A DNA stretch of 64,000 bases from Eledone cirrhosa (Eukaryota), in assembly GCA_964016885.1 (NCBI GenBank), contig OZ024742.1, forward strand, positions 147,064,001 through 147,128,000. Reading direction: 5' to 3'. Below the pieces are notes generated by a model. It saw only the letters and a program-made list of their open reading frames with translations. It had not been told where the DNA came from and searched no databases. The position numbers were made by a program, and so were the translations under genes. Of the stretch, positions 24,916 to 39,096 are shown one piece after another. Positions within the stretch are counted from its first letter, which is position 1, and every line of letters begins with the position of its first letter.

Positions 24916-26821
24916 GGAGAGACTCTGTACAGCATGGGCACAACCCCTTCCTCCAGAGAAAATGTTTAAAATATATATAAACAAAGGTGCAGACAAAACG
25001 AAATCGATAAAATAAATCCCTTAAATGTGGTGCCCCAGCATGGCCACAGTCAAATGACTGAAACCAGTAAAATGCACCTAAGGACATGACCCTATTTTCA
25101 AACAAGAAAGGAAATAAATATTTGAAGTGAAAGTGTGACGTAATTTACAATCCTAACTCTGGCTATTCACCATAAACCTTGAAATAGTATTGGTATGGTA
25201 CAGACCTGTAACTCCTGGTGGAGTCATAGGGGAGGAATTTGACATAAGACGTCTCTTGGGCATTTTAAAAACCTGGCAGAGTCCATCTCCTCTCCAGGTC
25301 TGAATATAGCAGATTTCTTCCAGAGAAAGATGAGTGAGAAAGAGACATAGAGGAAGAATCAAACCCAGTACTAGACTGGTACTTTTTTTTATCGACCTTG
25401 AATGGATGAACGGCATAGTTGACCTTGGTGGGGTGTGAACTCAGAGAGCAGAGAGCCAAAATGAATACCACAAAGCACTATCTGATGTTCTAACGATTCT
25501 ACAAACTTTGCTGCCAATAGAATAATAATGTATAAATGTATTGATGTTTACTGAAAGCGGCAATCGAATGCACAAGTATGTCTGTATTAGCAAATAAATA
25601 TTGATGACGACAAACACAGCTATTGGATTTGGTATAGTTAAATAAACTGAAATGGAGTTTACATGATATAACAATCACATTGTAACTGTTTCAACATCGT
25701 TGATGAGACAGAATTCGTTTATTAATTCTCAGTCTGTATGTATATAGATAGATGAGTTGGGTAGAATATGAACTCAAAACAAAGGATGTAAGCAACTACC
25801 ACAAGGATTGTTTGTGTGTGCGTGTGTGCCGTGTGAAGCCCAGTTTTTAGAATAGGCACACCAAATCTCTGCATAGTGTAAGAGGCAACTAAAAGGGTTA
25901 GAGTCAGGAACGGTATCCATTTGTAAAACAGTATCTCAAAACATACCATCAAACCCATGCCAGCATGGAAAAGCAGATGTAAAAACTATGATGATATATA
26001 TTATTATATATTTATATATACACACACATTAACGCTATAAAAACAACTGTGTCTTAACACCTTTACCTTTGAGAAAGTCTAAAACTGTATGAAAGGCTGG
26101 ATTAGCTTGTGGTGGTTATTTGTACCATATTATTTTAAATCCCTATTGAAACAATGTTTCTATATTCAAATAACCCAGATATGCAATGAAGGACCCAATT
26201 TGTGTAAAAAGAACAGAAAGAGAAAATGAATACATTTCAATATAAACCAATCAGACACCACCACTGATACAAAGTGTTTATATTTATCTAAAAGTTTTCC
26301 ATCATAATTTTATGTAAGAACATTTTGCTATGTTCCAACACTAGCTTAATTCTGGATTATTTTCAAAATCAGTTGAAACAAATATGCAATGTATTTCATA
26401 AATATAGCAATGAACGGGTTAAGACAAAGCCAGCAAATTGTGGGGATGAATATGAAAAATAAAATAGTGGATAATGTAGCCCCCGAATATGCTATGGAGA
26501 GGGAAAAGATGTGATGGCCATGGTTGTAAATTATTTGATTATGTATACTTTACCACAACTGAGCAACATTTACACTTGCAAAGCAAACGGGGAGGTTCTA
26601 CCAAATATGAGAGCTAGAGATGGGGGGGGGTTTACAGAGACGACAGATTATAACTCAACTGAATCAGCCACAATATATTACTGGTATTTATTTCAATGAT
26701 AGTATGATAGTAGGAAGGTACAAAGACATACCCTACTCAGAAATTGGAGGAGGGATTAAGGTATTCTGTACATTATAATTTTATTTAATATATATATATA
26801 TATTACACACACACACAGCTG

Positions 26822-26865
<44 letters not shown>

Positions 26866-27016
26866 TAAAAAAAAAACAACAGAGGTTATATTCGTAGTAA
26901 GTAGAGCACTCAGTCTAAAAGACGAGTTCGGTATAGAGTTTTCTTCAACAAATTAACAAGTATGGTTTGCTAATTTGTTGTGGATATCTCTCTCTCTCTC
27001 TCTAGAGAGCGAGAGA

Positions 27017-27054
<38 letters not shown>

Positions 27055-27599
27055 TGTATTTATGTACGTATGTCTGTAAAGCTTTAACGCTTCAGCAAGT
27101 GAGACAGGGGAAATAACTCTTACAGTCGACAATTTCAAAAATTCAAGGAGAAACAAGTTTTTCCTCTTGCAATAACATTATTATACCAATTCAAGGGAGA
27201 CGATTGCGTAATACTTTTCAGTGATTGTCTTTCTTCGGAAAACAATAGATCGGAAATTTGAATACAATGATACCAAACCACCTGAAACCTCCCCTGGTTC
27301 TATGACAAAACTGTTTTAACGTGTTTATCCTTATTTGAAACCATTCCATCAAAATTCTATGGATAAACTTTTGTTATGTTCTAAACACCAAATTAATGAA
27401 AAATGCCTATAAATTCTTGATATTTTAAAAATTAATTGAAATTCATAGGCAGTAACTTTTAGAAATATATCAAAACGGTTACGTTGTTTTCGTTGTTTTT
27501 ACTTTCTCAAAGTATATTAACAACTTTTCGATGATGCCTTGTACGAGAATATTTCAAATGTATTTTTCGATTACTTTTTTTATATTTCATTTAAATATT

Positions 27600-27800
27600 A
27601 ACTTACAATTCAAGCACACAAGGCAAACGAATTTGAGGAAAGGACAAAGTTGATCAAATCAACTCCAGTACTTCACTGGTACTTTATCGACCCCAGAAGG
27701 ATGAAAGGCAAAATTGACCTCGGCGGGATTTGAACTCAGAATGTAAAAAGCCTGATCAAATACCGCAATTAGCATTTATCCGACATTCTACTAATTCTAA
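27600..27800 (-). mobile_element. Meta-domain SINE copy
   Basis: Plus strand CTGGTACTTTATCGACCCCAGAAGGATGAAAGGCAAAATTGACCTCGGCGGGATTTGAACTCAG is the reverse complement of B-box + Meta core. Confidence 0.8.
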
Positions 27801-29269
27801 CAGGGAAAAATTATAAAGGAAATGATAGTGTTTTAATAACTAAATTGTATTACACTGGAATATGAAAAATCACAATGAATCATGTTGATGAATTGTGATA
27901 CTAGTGGACAAAATAGCAAACGTGTTACCCTGAAGAATGGGGAGAGGGATGTTTAATTTTACAAGTGGAAATTATTCTACATGCTATGGTGGGAGGGGGG
28001 GTTATCGTGTTCGTGGCTGAACAGATTAAGAAATATTATCAAAATTGCAGGTAAAATATTTTTCAACCCATGGTGATAATTTTGGAAATAATCAAGAATT
28101 TGAAGGGATTTATAATATAACTCACTTTTTCATTAGTAAGCTATTGTTTGGTGCAAAGGGTTCTTACATAAAATTATGAGGGAACAACAAAGGGTTCTTA
28201 CATAAAATTATGAGGGAAGGATTTTAAATTTATAAACATTTTAGAATAAACAGTTTGGGGTTTGTTTCAGATAATCTAGTCGCTAAAGGTTTCAACTGAT
28301 GAAGCCTGTTCAGTTACTGCCCAGGACATGTTCAATGTCATCTCAGGAACATTGGTATAGACAAGAGTAGCTGAGAGAGAACTGCCCAATAAAAATAAAT
28401 AAAATAAAAACATGGTGCCTTCTCATTACATTTTCAATACTGGCAGGGGTTGGATGGGTCAGAGAACCAAGTCATGCTCATATGATCAATATTTTGGCAT
28501 GATTTCTGCAGCTGGATGCCCCACCTAATGCCTAGCACTTTGCAGAACGTATTGAGTGTATATCATCATTGCACCACCACTACCGCTTTACAGAGTGTGC
28601 CAGATGCATTTTATCCTGGCACCAGCATTACCACTTTACTGACTACACTGGGTGTATTTTATTGTGGCACCCATGCTAGAGTAAATTGGGAGCATTTTAA
28701 AATGAATTTATAGAAAAACAATTCAATCTCAATTGCTAAAAACAATACAAGCATTATGCAATAAATGACAGCTAAATGTGAATGGTTATATATCAGTATT
28801 AATGGTAGAATAGATAGAGTACCGAACAACTAACTGACTAACTAATAGAGCAGATCTTGTTACCATCACTGGATTGTGATTAGTCCAAAGACTTAACTCT
28901 CAAATAACAAAGTCTACCTAGTTACGACAGCAACAAAAACCTGTCATTGTAAACAATGGCAGTATTTTAGAATTAACAAAATTACCCATTAGCTTGCAGT
29001 CCTTTAGCAGTATATTTCATTAGAAATATAGTAACCAATATGTTTCAATTAATGCTGAAAAAACAGAGGAATTTAGTAAAATAAACTTTTTCAATATTTA
29101 GCTGATGTTTGGAACATAACTAAAAACTGTTACATAAAATGTTGGAATTTTTTAGTACATAAATATAAACACTTTAAAATGGAGTTTTCTGTTATAGGTC
29201 TATGGATTGTGGGTTGGTATCAAAGGGGTTATGACATAGGATAGAGATGGATTCCAATAAAATAACTTC

Positions 29270-29400
29270 CTCTGTGGAAGACCTGGCAGGCATGGGCCTG
29301 GTCTGGAAGCAGGCCTATGGTAAGGCATGCAACCATGTGTAATGGAGATCTCTTGTCGCCCAATGTTCCATAGGTAAGAAAAGGAACTAAAGAAGAAGAG
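29270..29400 (+). mobile_element. short RTE-like LINE 3' end
   Basis: EDLAGMGLVWKQAYGKACNHV*WRSLVAQCS followed by a (GAA)n tail. Confidence 0.55.
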
Positions 29401-29571
29401 ATATTCTGTATGAAGACAAAATCTTTTGTGTGGTCCCTATCGTTCAATAGATTATGGGATTCACCATATATTAGTTATTTACTTGTACTTGTGTCAGTAT
29501 TCACTCAGGATAGGTTGAACTGTCTCCAACCAGTGCATGATCAGAGTCATGAACAGATGTCAGATACAAGG

Positions 29572-30215
29572 AGAGTGAGAGAGCACGGCGAGTGAGAGAG
29601 CACGGCGAGTGAGAGAGCACGGCGAGTGAGGAGAGCACGGCGAGTGAGGAGAGCACGGCGAGTGAGGAGAGCACGGCGAGTGAGGAGAGCACGGCGAGTG
29701 AGAGAGCACGGCGAGTTGGGAGAGCACGGCGAGTGGGAGAGCACGAGAGTTGGGAGAGCACGAGAGTTGGGAGAGCACGAGAGTTGGGAGAGCACGAGAG
29801 TTGGGAGAGCACGAGAGTTGGGAGAGCACGAGAGTTGGGAGAGCACGAGAGTTGGGAGAGCACGAGAGTTGGGAGAGCACGAGAGTTGGGAGAGCACGAG
29901 AGTTGGGAGAGCACGAGAGTTGGGAGAGCACGAGAGTTGGGAGAGCACGAGAGTTGGGAGAGCACGAGAGTTGGGAAAGCACGAGAGTTGGGAAAGCACG
30001 AGAGTTGGGAAAGCACGAGAGTTGGGAGAGCACGAGAGTTGGGAGAGTGTGAGAGTTGAGAGAGTGTGAGAGTTGAGAGAGTGTGAGAGTAAGGAGTGTG
30101 AGAGTAAGGAGTGTGAGAATAAGGAGTGTGAGAATAAGGAGAGTGGGCGAGTAAGGAGAGTGAGAGAGTTGGGAGAGTTGGGAGAGTTGGGAGAGTTGGG
30201 GGGGGGGGGGGGGGG
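29572..30215. repeat. purine-rich 17/18-bp minisatellite ending in a poly-G run
   Basis: Units GAG(G)AGAGCACGGCGAGT, then about 18 x GGGAGAGCACGAGAGTT, then shorter GAGAGTGT variants. Confidence 0.95.
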
Positions 30216-31005
30216 TTAGAGTAGAGTTAGATGCTAATTGCAATCTAATGCCAGGGTATTAGTTTTACTGGGTGGTTTGGTAGTCAGTCTACAAAGCAGA
30301 ATTATTTTTATAGTCTAATATATAACTTCCTAAACATAAAAAAAAAAGATCAAATTAATAGCCTCTATCTAAATAGGCCAGATTAACTCAGTTCAACCAT
30401 ACCGCCCTGCCAAGTCCAAGAAAAAATAAAAAATCTGACATAATCGCCAGCAGTTTTCACCTATATTGACGAGTATATATCACAGGTGATCGTAATTAAT
30501 TTACTTGAGTCTAGACAACTCCAGCTAAATAAACTTCTGACAAGTGTTATTTTAGTCATAACTATTTAAGGAACACTAGTATAAGAGAGCTGTATTGCCT
30601 GGTCCAGCAATCAAACTCACAACCTCACAGTTGTGAATCCAATTCTCTAACCACTCGGCCACATACCTTGAGAGAGAGACATGCATATACACACAATACA
30701 TAAACATCGTTTTTATCAGCATATTTCTAATAAAAAACACTGCTTAAGATTTTCAAATCATTATGAGAATAATCAAGAATTTGAAGGGATTTAGCAATGT
30801 AACTAATTTTCTCATTAAGCTAGTGATTGGAACGTAACAGTTCTTACATAAAATTATGATGAAAGGATTTTTAATAAATATAAACACTTTAGAGCAAACA
30901 GTTTTGTATTGTAGAATGAAAGGTGGTTTCAGGTGGTTTAATAGTGAAAAGATTAAGCAGATTTTGCTTGAAACCTACCAAAAAAAATGTCTGGAGAGAA
31001 TTCCC

Positions 31006-31036
<31 letters not shown>

Positions 31037-31356
31037 ACATAGTAAATAGTGTCAAGTAGCATGCAACAGGTACTGCTGAATACATTAATGGTTGGAACTT
31101 TTAGCAAGATTATGTCAACAAACTATTGTTCACATCTTACACTGCTTATTATTTTGTTGTCTTTTATTACTACACCTGTTGACTATGCTCTTGTGTGAGT
31201 GTCTGCCAAAACAAACTATTAGCATCATACACTTTACCAAGAAGATAACATGAAGACACCAACTGGAAACATTCTTCCTTCTTTTAGTTTGACTTTGAAA
31301 CAAAATAGCAACTTGAATAATAAGTAACTTTCCAATATTTATAAATCTTTAAAACC

Positions 31357-31394
<38 letters not shown>

Positions 31395-31399
<5 letters not shown>

Positions 31400-32500
31400 C
31401 ACCCAACCTTCGCCCACATTTTTTACTGAGTTCAAATCTATTCATAAGGCATCTATTGTAATGCCCATTTTCCTTAAAATAAAAGATGTTAAAAGGTATT
31501 TAAATATTGCATAACATACTTTTAAAAAACTTATTTAGAATATCTAAATACAGAAAGTAATAAAGAAAATAGGAAAATGCATTCTATGAAAATTATAAAA
31601 CATTTGCAGAATTTCATTATAAACAATGTTTTTAACTTTTTTCTTTGGAGCATATGTTAAAAGTTTGTGCGGGCTTCCTATCCTGGAACAACCTACATAC
31701 AATTGACTATGTGAGAAACAGCCCTCTTCTAGATGGAGACCAACAGCCTCCAGTATTTGACCTTGGGACTTGTTAATGGTCAATGCGCAAGTGACTTTCA
31801 TTGGGAATTGCAGCCATTTGAAATGAACAGGGGCATATGCTGGTATTAGCAGTAATCTAGGTATAAATATGTCTCCCATACCACATCTAGTGACGATTTT
31901 GGCTTGATAATCTGAGGTTGTAGTTCAGTCACAATCTTGGTTGGTCCAGGTTTCTTAAAAGCATGATGACTGTGCCCTTCTTCAATTCAAGGTTGTGTGG
32001 CAGCATACTGGACAGTGCCAGACTTTCCAAAAATTCAATGGCATTATGAACAGCTGCGTTCTTATTGACAAGTTTGTCAAAAGATTTATAGGTCTGGCTA
32101 CCTCCAGGGATCATTTGTGAAAGGTTTTTGTTGATGGCATTCACTGTAATCTTTGAGGAAGGGGGAGGGGGCATTGATCGCTCTTTCACACAACCACTCC
32201 TTGTTGGAATGGAGGATTTTGAAATTGAGGAACACTTGATTAATTAAGCAGACAATGCTTTTCACAACAGTACAAAATGATGAAGAATCAAAACATCCTT
32301 CAGTATCAAAGGGTATTTTGCCTTCAAGTTTCTGAAACTTTCAAGCAAACTCTGCAAAATTGTTGTCAGTGAGGTTGTACAGACTATGTCATGTTACTAA
32401 TATAGACTTTTTTTTTTCTTTTTAAACTAACTGGAATGACTGCCTGGATTCGGCTGATACTCATTGTGTGAACTGTTGTTTGCTCATATTGAGACCCAGG
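31395..32500 (-). mobile_element. Helitron RepHel 3' remnant (PIF1-family helicase pseudogene)
   Basis: Fragments ..KEWLCER.., VNAINKNLSQMIPG..TYKSFD..IEFLESL..PHNLELKKGTVIMLLRNLDQPRL and FIPR..FKWLQFPMKVTCALTINKSQGQ..VGLHL..CFSHSQLYVGCSRIG..KNIVYNEIL are canonical Helitron helicase motifs. A degenerate 3' hairpin (GGGCGAAGGTTGGG, minus strand) lies near 31401-31415. Confidence 0.93.
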
Positions 32501-32518
32501 CAAGCATATATGTGTGTA

Positions 32519-32588
<70 letters not shown>

Positions 32589-33024
32589 TATATATACACA
32601 CACACACATATATATATATAATTGTGGAAATAAACTAAATTAAAATCTGCCAGTAACTGAGTAGGCCTACTGGTATATTCAGTAAGATATTGATCTCAAG
32701 TAGTAATTAATAAACACACCCAGTTTAATCATTAAAAAATAAAAAAAAATAAAAATCACCTGAATCATAAATTATGAACAGTTGATGACGACAAATATAT
32801 TTATCAGTTAACTCCACTGCTAAAAGTAATATTTCTGTTGCAAGTAGCCAGGGTGCATTACTTTGCAATACTTGTATAAAGAAGGACCAAATATATCGTT
32901 TGTCAAGTCTATTGCCGCTGCAGGTAAGTAGATGCTACATAGTTGGCAATTATCCAAACTATAAACCTACTTTATACAACAATTATTATAATATTGACGC
33001 AACAAACTATTTTTGACACAATTG

Positions 33025-33595
33025 GGTATGTGTGAAATGTGACATGCTGCAAGCTGGTGCATACAAGAGATGTTGAATGTTGGTGGAACATGTATAAGAC
33101 ACGTGGTGTTGCATATTGGTGGAACATGTATAAGACATGTGATATTGTATGTTGGTGGAACATGTATAAGACATGTGATATTGTATGTTGGTGGAACATG
33201 TATAAGACATGTGATGTTGCATGTTGGTGGAACATGCATTAGAAATGATATTGCATGTTGGAACATGTATAAGACATGGCATTGCATGTGGATGGAACAT
33301 GTATAAGACATGGCGTTGCATGTTGGTGGAACGTGTTTAAGACGTGATGGTGTATGTTGGTGGAACATATACAAGATGTGGTGCTGCATTTGATAGAACA
33401 TGTATAAGAGATGATGTTGAGAATTGGTGGAACATGTATAAAACATGTGATGCTGCATATTGGTGGAACATGCATAAAACGTGATGTTGAATGTTGGTGG
33501 AACATGTATGAGATATGTGACATGAAATGTTGATGGAACATGTATAAGAATTATGATGTTGCATGTTGGTGCAATGTGTAAAACAATGTTGCATA
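33025..33595. repeat. 36-bp minisatellite
   Basis: About 15 degenerate copies of GTGATGTTGCATGTTGGTGGAACATGTATAAGACAT. Confidence 0.92.
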
Positions 33596-34918
33596 AGAAA
33601 AAAGATATTAACCCTTTTATTACCATATTTCTAATGAAATACACTGGCTATAATTTTTGGAAATAATCAAGTATTTGTAGAGATTTAGTAACATAGCTAA
33701 CTTTCTTTTTATTACGCTGGTATTTGGAACATAAAGGTTCTTACATAAAGTAATGGTTTTAGATAAATATGAGAGGCATGTAGCTCTGCTTGAGTACTGA
33801 GCCAGTCTGTGATAACTGTCCAGCCTTAGCTAGCAAGGAAAATGAACATTAAAAGATAAACACATAAAAGCAACCAGTTCTATATTATAAAACCAAAGAG
33901 GTTTCAAAAGTGTTAAAGACATCAACTGATAGTTTTTGAAATTGAATGACATTGGTTAGGTGAGAAAATGCTGTGCTGTCAGAGGACATTAGCTGAAGCA
34001 GACATTAGAAGAGATGCTAGGGGTCAAATCGCAGCAGGAATGGTGAACCTTACAAAACATAAATCATGAAAGAATGATGATATTCTGTACTATAGACCAA
34101 TATAAATATGGTGAGGAATTATATAATTGGTAATAGAAGGGCAACTGTTATAAGTGTAAGTGCTTGGTAAGATAAACTGGCTAGCTGGTATTGATTTCTG
34201 ATACTGGTTATTTCACTAATCACTACTGTAGAGAGGTATGAACTTCACACAAATATATTCTCACCTGCACCTATATATACTGTTTCCAGGTAAAACACAC
34301 AAGCATACACACATCATACTATTATACATACGTATCTGCATTATCCATAAATAGTTCTCAGAAACATTCATCATGACACATCATGTATGTGACAAAGCTG
34401 GTCATTTGAATTACCGATACAGCTCATTTATTCAGGCTCAGTGGACTGGAGCTACATAACATAAAATATCTTGATCGAGGTCAAAGCGCAGCTGGGAATT
34501 AAACTCACAACCTTATGCTCATGAGTCAAAAACCCTAACCACTAAACTATGTGTCTTCCCACACACACAGACACACAAGTATATATATATAAGCTAATTA
34601 AGAAATTGCAAGCACAGTTCATGAATGAAACTGTAAAACTATGTAAAACTATGTGAAACACTCCAGAAATTTAGCATGTAACAAGTGCATATACACACAT
34701 AGATATAGAAACAAGTATATGTACACATATAACTCAAAACATAGATTCACATATGCAATGATAACCATACCTGCTCACACACAAACATACAGACATACGT
34801 GCATAATTACCTATGTTGTCTAAATTTCAATGGAAGAGTCTTATCTGTTTTAGTAAGAAACCAGCTGTCACTTTCTCTCCCCTTCTCTCTATTGGTCAGA
34901 AAATAAAACTAGAACTCG

Positions 34919-35003
<85 letters not shown>

Positions 35004-35224
35004 AGTATTGCTACTGCAGAGTTAATATCTCCCACCCAAAGGAAGAAAAAACTAAGTAGAAAAAAATGGTTTGACTGCGTAATGATGTTATAAAGAGGAA
35101 TTGGGTGGAGACAATGGCATAATTCTAAGATGTGTGTGCAGTGCTGCATGTTGTCATTGTTGCAGTGCTGCATATTATCATTGGTGCAGTGCTGCATATT
35201 GTTGGGTGTTAATGGTGCTTTCTG

Positions 35225-35665
35225 TTAATGAGTGCACTGTTGCCAGCTTTAATCGTTGCACTGCTGCCAGTTTTAATGGTTGCACAGGTGTCAGTTTTAA
35301 TGGTTGCATTGGTGTCAGTGTTAATGGTTGCATTGGTGTCAGTGTTAATGGTTGCATTGGTGTCAGTGTTAATGGTTGCATTGGTGTCAGTGTTAATGGT
35401 TGCATTGGTGTCAGTGTTAATGGTTGCATTGGTGTCAGTGTTAATGGTTGCATTGGTGTCAGTGTTAATGGTTGCACTGGTGTCAGTTTTAATGGTTGCA
35501 TTGGTGTCAGTTTTAATGGTTGCATTGGTGTCAGTTTTAATGGTTGCATTGGTGTCAGTTTTAATGATTGCATTGGTGTCAGTTTTAATGGTTGCATTGG
35601 TGTCAGTTTTAATGGTTGCACTGCTGTCAGTTTTAATGGTTGCACTGCTGTCAGTTTTAATCGTT
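35225..35665. repeat. 24-bp minisatellite
   Basis: About 18 copies of GGTTGCATTGGTGTCAGT(G/T)TTAAT. Confidence 0.95.
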
Positions 35666-37254
35666 AAATTGCCATATGTTAATGGATGCACTGTTACATA
35701 TTAATGGGTGCCATGTTGTATATTGTCATATGGATTAAGTTTACTACCCTAGTGGACTCCACTAAAGGTAACCAAGGACCAGGTAATGGACAGTTTAAAA
35801 CTTGTTCGTTTTTTTTTGTTTTGTTTTTTTCAATTTTCTTCACTAAAATTAAGAATGTTATCTTAACAACCAATAACTAAAATGAATTGTACATTTAACC
35901 TGTCAATGGTCATATTTCTAAAGTACATCTCCAATTTTTGAAATAAGATTTTAGAGGGATTTAGTAAAATAACTAATTTTTCCATTATGAAGCTGCATTA
36001 CTCTATATTTACTATTATATTTTCACAGTAAAGGCTTTACCTCATAATTATCTCATATAATATCAAATCTATGAGATTTTGATATTAGTTATTTTGAGAA
36101 CAGTACCTCAACATTAGTATGAGCGACTGGTTACAGCCAGTTTGAACAGAAAGAGTGAGAGAATTCTGGCCGGATATGGTTGGTTTAAATACTAATGGTA
36201 GCTTTAACTCTTTTAGAGTTAAAGCTACTATTAAAACATCTTTCAGCATTTAACCATTTTGTTACCAACCTGGTCAAAATCAGCTCTGGTTCTATGAAAC
36301 AAAACCACCTATTTTAAAAGGGTTCCTACTTCAATTAAAATTTTCTGACATAATTTTATATAAGAATCATTGTCATAGTAATTAATAATTTTAGTAAATT
36401 CCTCAAAATTCTTCAGTAACCCATTTGATACCAATCTAGTCAAAACTAGTTCTGGTTCTATGAAACAAAATCACTTATTTTAAAGAGTACATATTTTAGT
36501 AATGAAATAATTAATAATTTTAGTATATCCCTCAAAATTCTTCAATAATTAATTGAAATAGATTGTATTCCATGAGCAAAAGGGTTAAAGCTATAGTTAA
36601 AATATATTTGAACATTCTAAAGAAACATTATATGTAGCAGCTATTTATGTTGTAAAAAAGCTAAACTAAAATAAAAAAAATTTTTTTAAATGAAATTGAA
36701 AGAATCATTGTTGTAAAATGAAGCACAAGAAATATAACCGAGATAACTAGAACTGTAGAACAATTGGAAACTGATCAATAAAGATACATTATTAGCCACA
36801 TAGCAACTGAAATTGGAATTAATATCTCCAGAATGGAAAAATAGTTTTCTACAAGGTATTTTATTTGAAACCAGTAAACAAAAGAAATTTCTAAATGGCT
36901 TCCAGCATGGCAGCTGAGAATTTCCAGAATACAACTGGGTAAAGTTTCAAGTAATATAAGTAAAGAGATAAAGTTAAAAGGCAATTCACTCCTGATGGAG
37001 TCTTAGAGGCACCATCCTGACATACAGTGTGTTTTGGGCATTTTAAACTTGTCGGAAACCATCCTCCTCCAGGTCTGAACATACTCGATTTCTAAGAGAG
37101 AGAGAGAGACAACTCAGTTCAGGACTGGTAATTTAAGAACAAAAACCAACGCTGACTTTGGCATGACTTGAACTCAGGCTGCCTGAGAAATAGAACAAAT
37201 ACCAAGGAATTCTTTATGCAATGCCCTTACAATTCTGCCAATTTGCCACCTTAA

Positions 37255-37451
37255 CCCTTTAGTATTCACATTACTCTATATATACTATTATATTTCCATG
37301 GTAAATGCTTTATCTCACATAATATCGAATCTATGAGATTTTGAAAGCATTTATTTTGAGAACAATACCGTAACATCAGTTTGAGTGACCAGTTACATCC
37401 AGTTTCAACTGAAAAGGGTAGAGAATTTTGGCCGGTTTGAACATTAAAGGG
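37255..37451. mobile_element. TTAA-flanked MITE family B copy
   Basis: TTAA|CCCTTTAGTATT...ACATTAAAGGG|TTAA with both TTAA intact. Confidence 0.8.
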
Positions 37452-38586
37452 TTAATATAACTACATAACATGCAATATATAGAGATATATGTTAGATTTC
37501 CATCATGTGTCAAAGCTGGCCTTTTGTAATTACAGATGTAGTCCATCTGAAATGCCATTCTTCATGTCAACTCATACTTTATTTCTAAGAATGGTATATT
37601 TACAGTTGTATTTCATTAAAACTGCTAAGTTTTAAGTAATATAACTGCATAATGATTGGTATATTGATATGGATTTCACTTATAGAACAATGAAACACAC
37701 TATCCAAATGTTTCAATTAATTATGAAAATAATCAAGAATTTGGAAGGGTTTAGTAAAATGAACCAACTTTTCTAGTAACCCATTCCATTACACTGTATT
37801 TCATTTAATAGAGAATTTGGAGGGATTTACTAAAATTATTAATTATTTCATTATAAAGATGGTATTTCTAACAACATAAAAGATTCATATATAAAATTAT
37901 GTTTTAAATAAGAAGCCTTAAAAAATGGGCAGTTGTTTCCTAGAACTAATCTGTCACAGATGGAGTCCTTTCTAAAACAGATCAGTGTCACAGATTGAGA
38001 CAAATACATTTCTATAGAACAAGTGTTTTAAAATCATTTTCCGTGGTAAAGCAGGGTTAGCCACCTGGACCCCCATGATAGACTTCATACTCTATCATGG
38101 GTTTCTTCTTCAGGTAATGTTTTATGGCTGGATACCCTGCCTAGCACCAACCTTTTTAGATCTCAGGGATACAGTATACTTATTCTAGATCAGATACACA
38201 GAGATATAATCTACCTGTTCTAAATAGGATAGACAAGGTATATATTTCTATCGAACAGCTAAAAATAGAAAGCAAACTTTGAGTAGTCATCTAAAACAAT
38301 GAGTTTTTCTAGACATACTAATGATTATCGAATTAAATTTCGACAAGAAAGTAGTTTAATTAAACATAAAAAAAAAAAACAGATATCTCAATACTAAGCT
38401 TTATTAAACACCACTGCTGTTGCCTATGTCAAAGTGTTCTATTGCATTGCTTCAATAAATGATTGGCTTTAGTATAAAAAAGCTGTAATGTCGGGCCAGG
38501 CTGTTTGTTGTTAATATGTTTAGAGATAACAAAGAAGAGAATGTTAAATCTTTATAAGGAAGATTTCAGAACATTACACACTTTAA

Positions 38587-39096
38587 CCCTTTCGGTACCA
38601 TATTTCTGATGAAATACACTGCCAAGAATGTTTAGATAATTTTGAAAATAATAAAAAATTTCAAGGGATTTAACAGAATAACTAACTTTCTCATTACTAA
38701 ACTGCTGTTTCAAACATAACTTAAAGCATTTTGCATAAAAATATGATGGAAGAATTTCAGATGAATAATGTACACAGTACACTTTGTAAAGTCAGTCTTG
38801 GTAACATGAAAAAACAAATCCAGTTGTCTGTAAAGTGGTAGAACTATAAAAAACACATAATCAGTACACCCTATAACATGGTTGGCACTAGGTTATCCAG
38901 CCACAGAAGCCATGCCAAATATGGAACATATGAACAAGATGAGTCATTCTGACCCGACTGGTCTCCTACCATAACAACCCATCCAACCCATGCCAACATG
39001 GAAAGCAGACGTATCATGATGTTGGTAATAAACACTTATAAACAGCTTTGTATCATAGAAACAGGGCGCATTTCAGGTGATTTGGTTTCAAATGGG
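38587..39096. mobile_element. MITE family A copy interrupted by an RTE-tailed SINE
   Basis: TTAA|CCCTTTCGGTACCATATTTCT...TTTGGTTTCAAATGGG|TTAA; SINE nested at about 38790-39025. Confidence 0.75.

Noticed and set aside
28296-28330. CTGATGA hammerhead core
   Set aside because: No stem II closure followed by GAAA downstream.
29501-30243. Long ORFs in several frames (e.g. 227 aa)
   Set aside because: Translation of the 17/18-bp minisatellite.
32967-33644. 225-aa HVPPT-repeat ORF
   Set aside because: 36-bp minisatellite with frame-shifting unit variants; the ORF begins inside a MITE end.
35101-35704. GCIGVSVN / ATINTDTN repeat proteins, resembling antifreeze or mucin repeats
   Set aside because: The 24-bp unit is open in several frames on both strands, copies are near-identical with no synonymous bias, and there are no splice signals.
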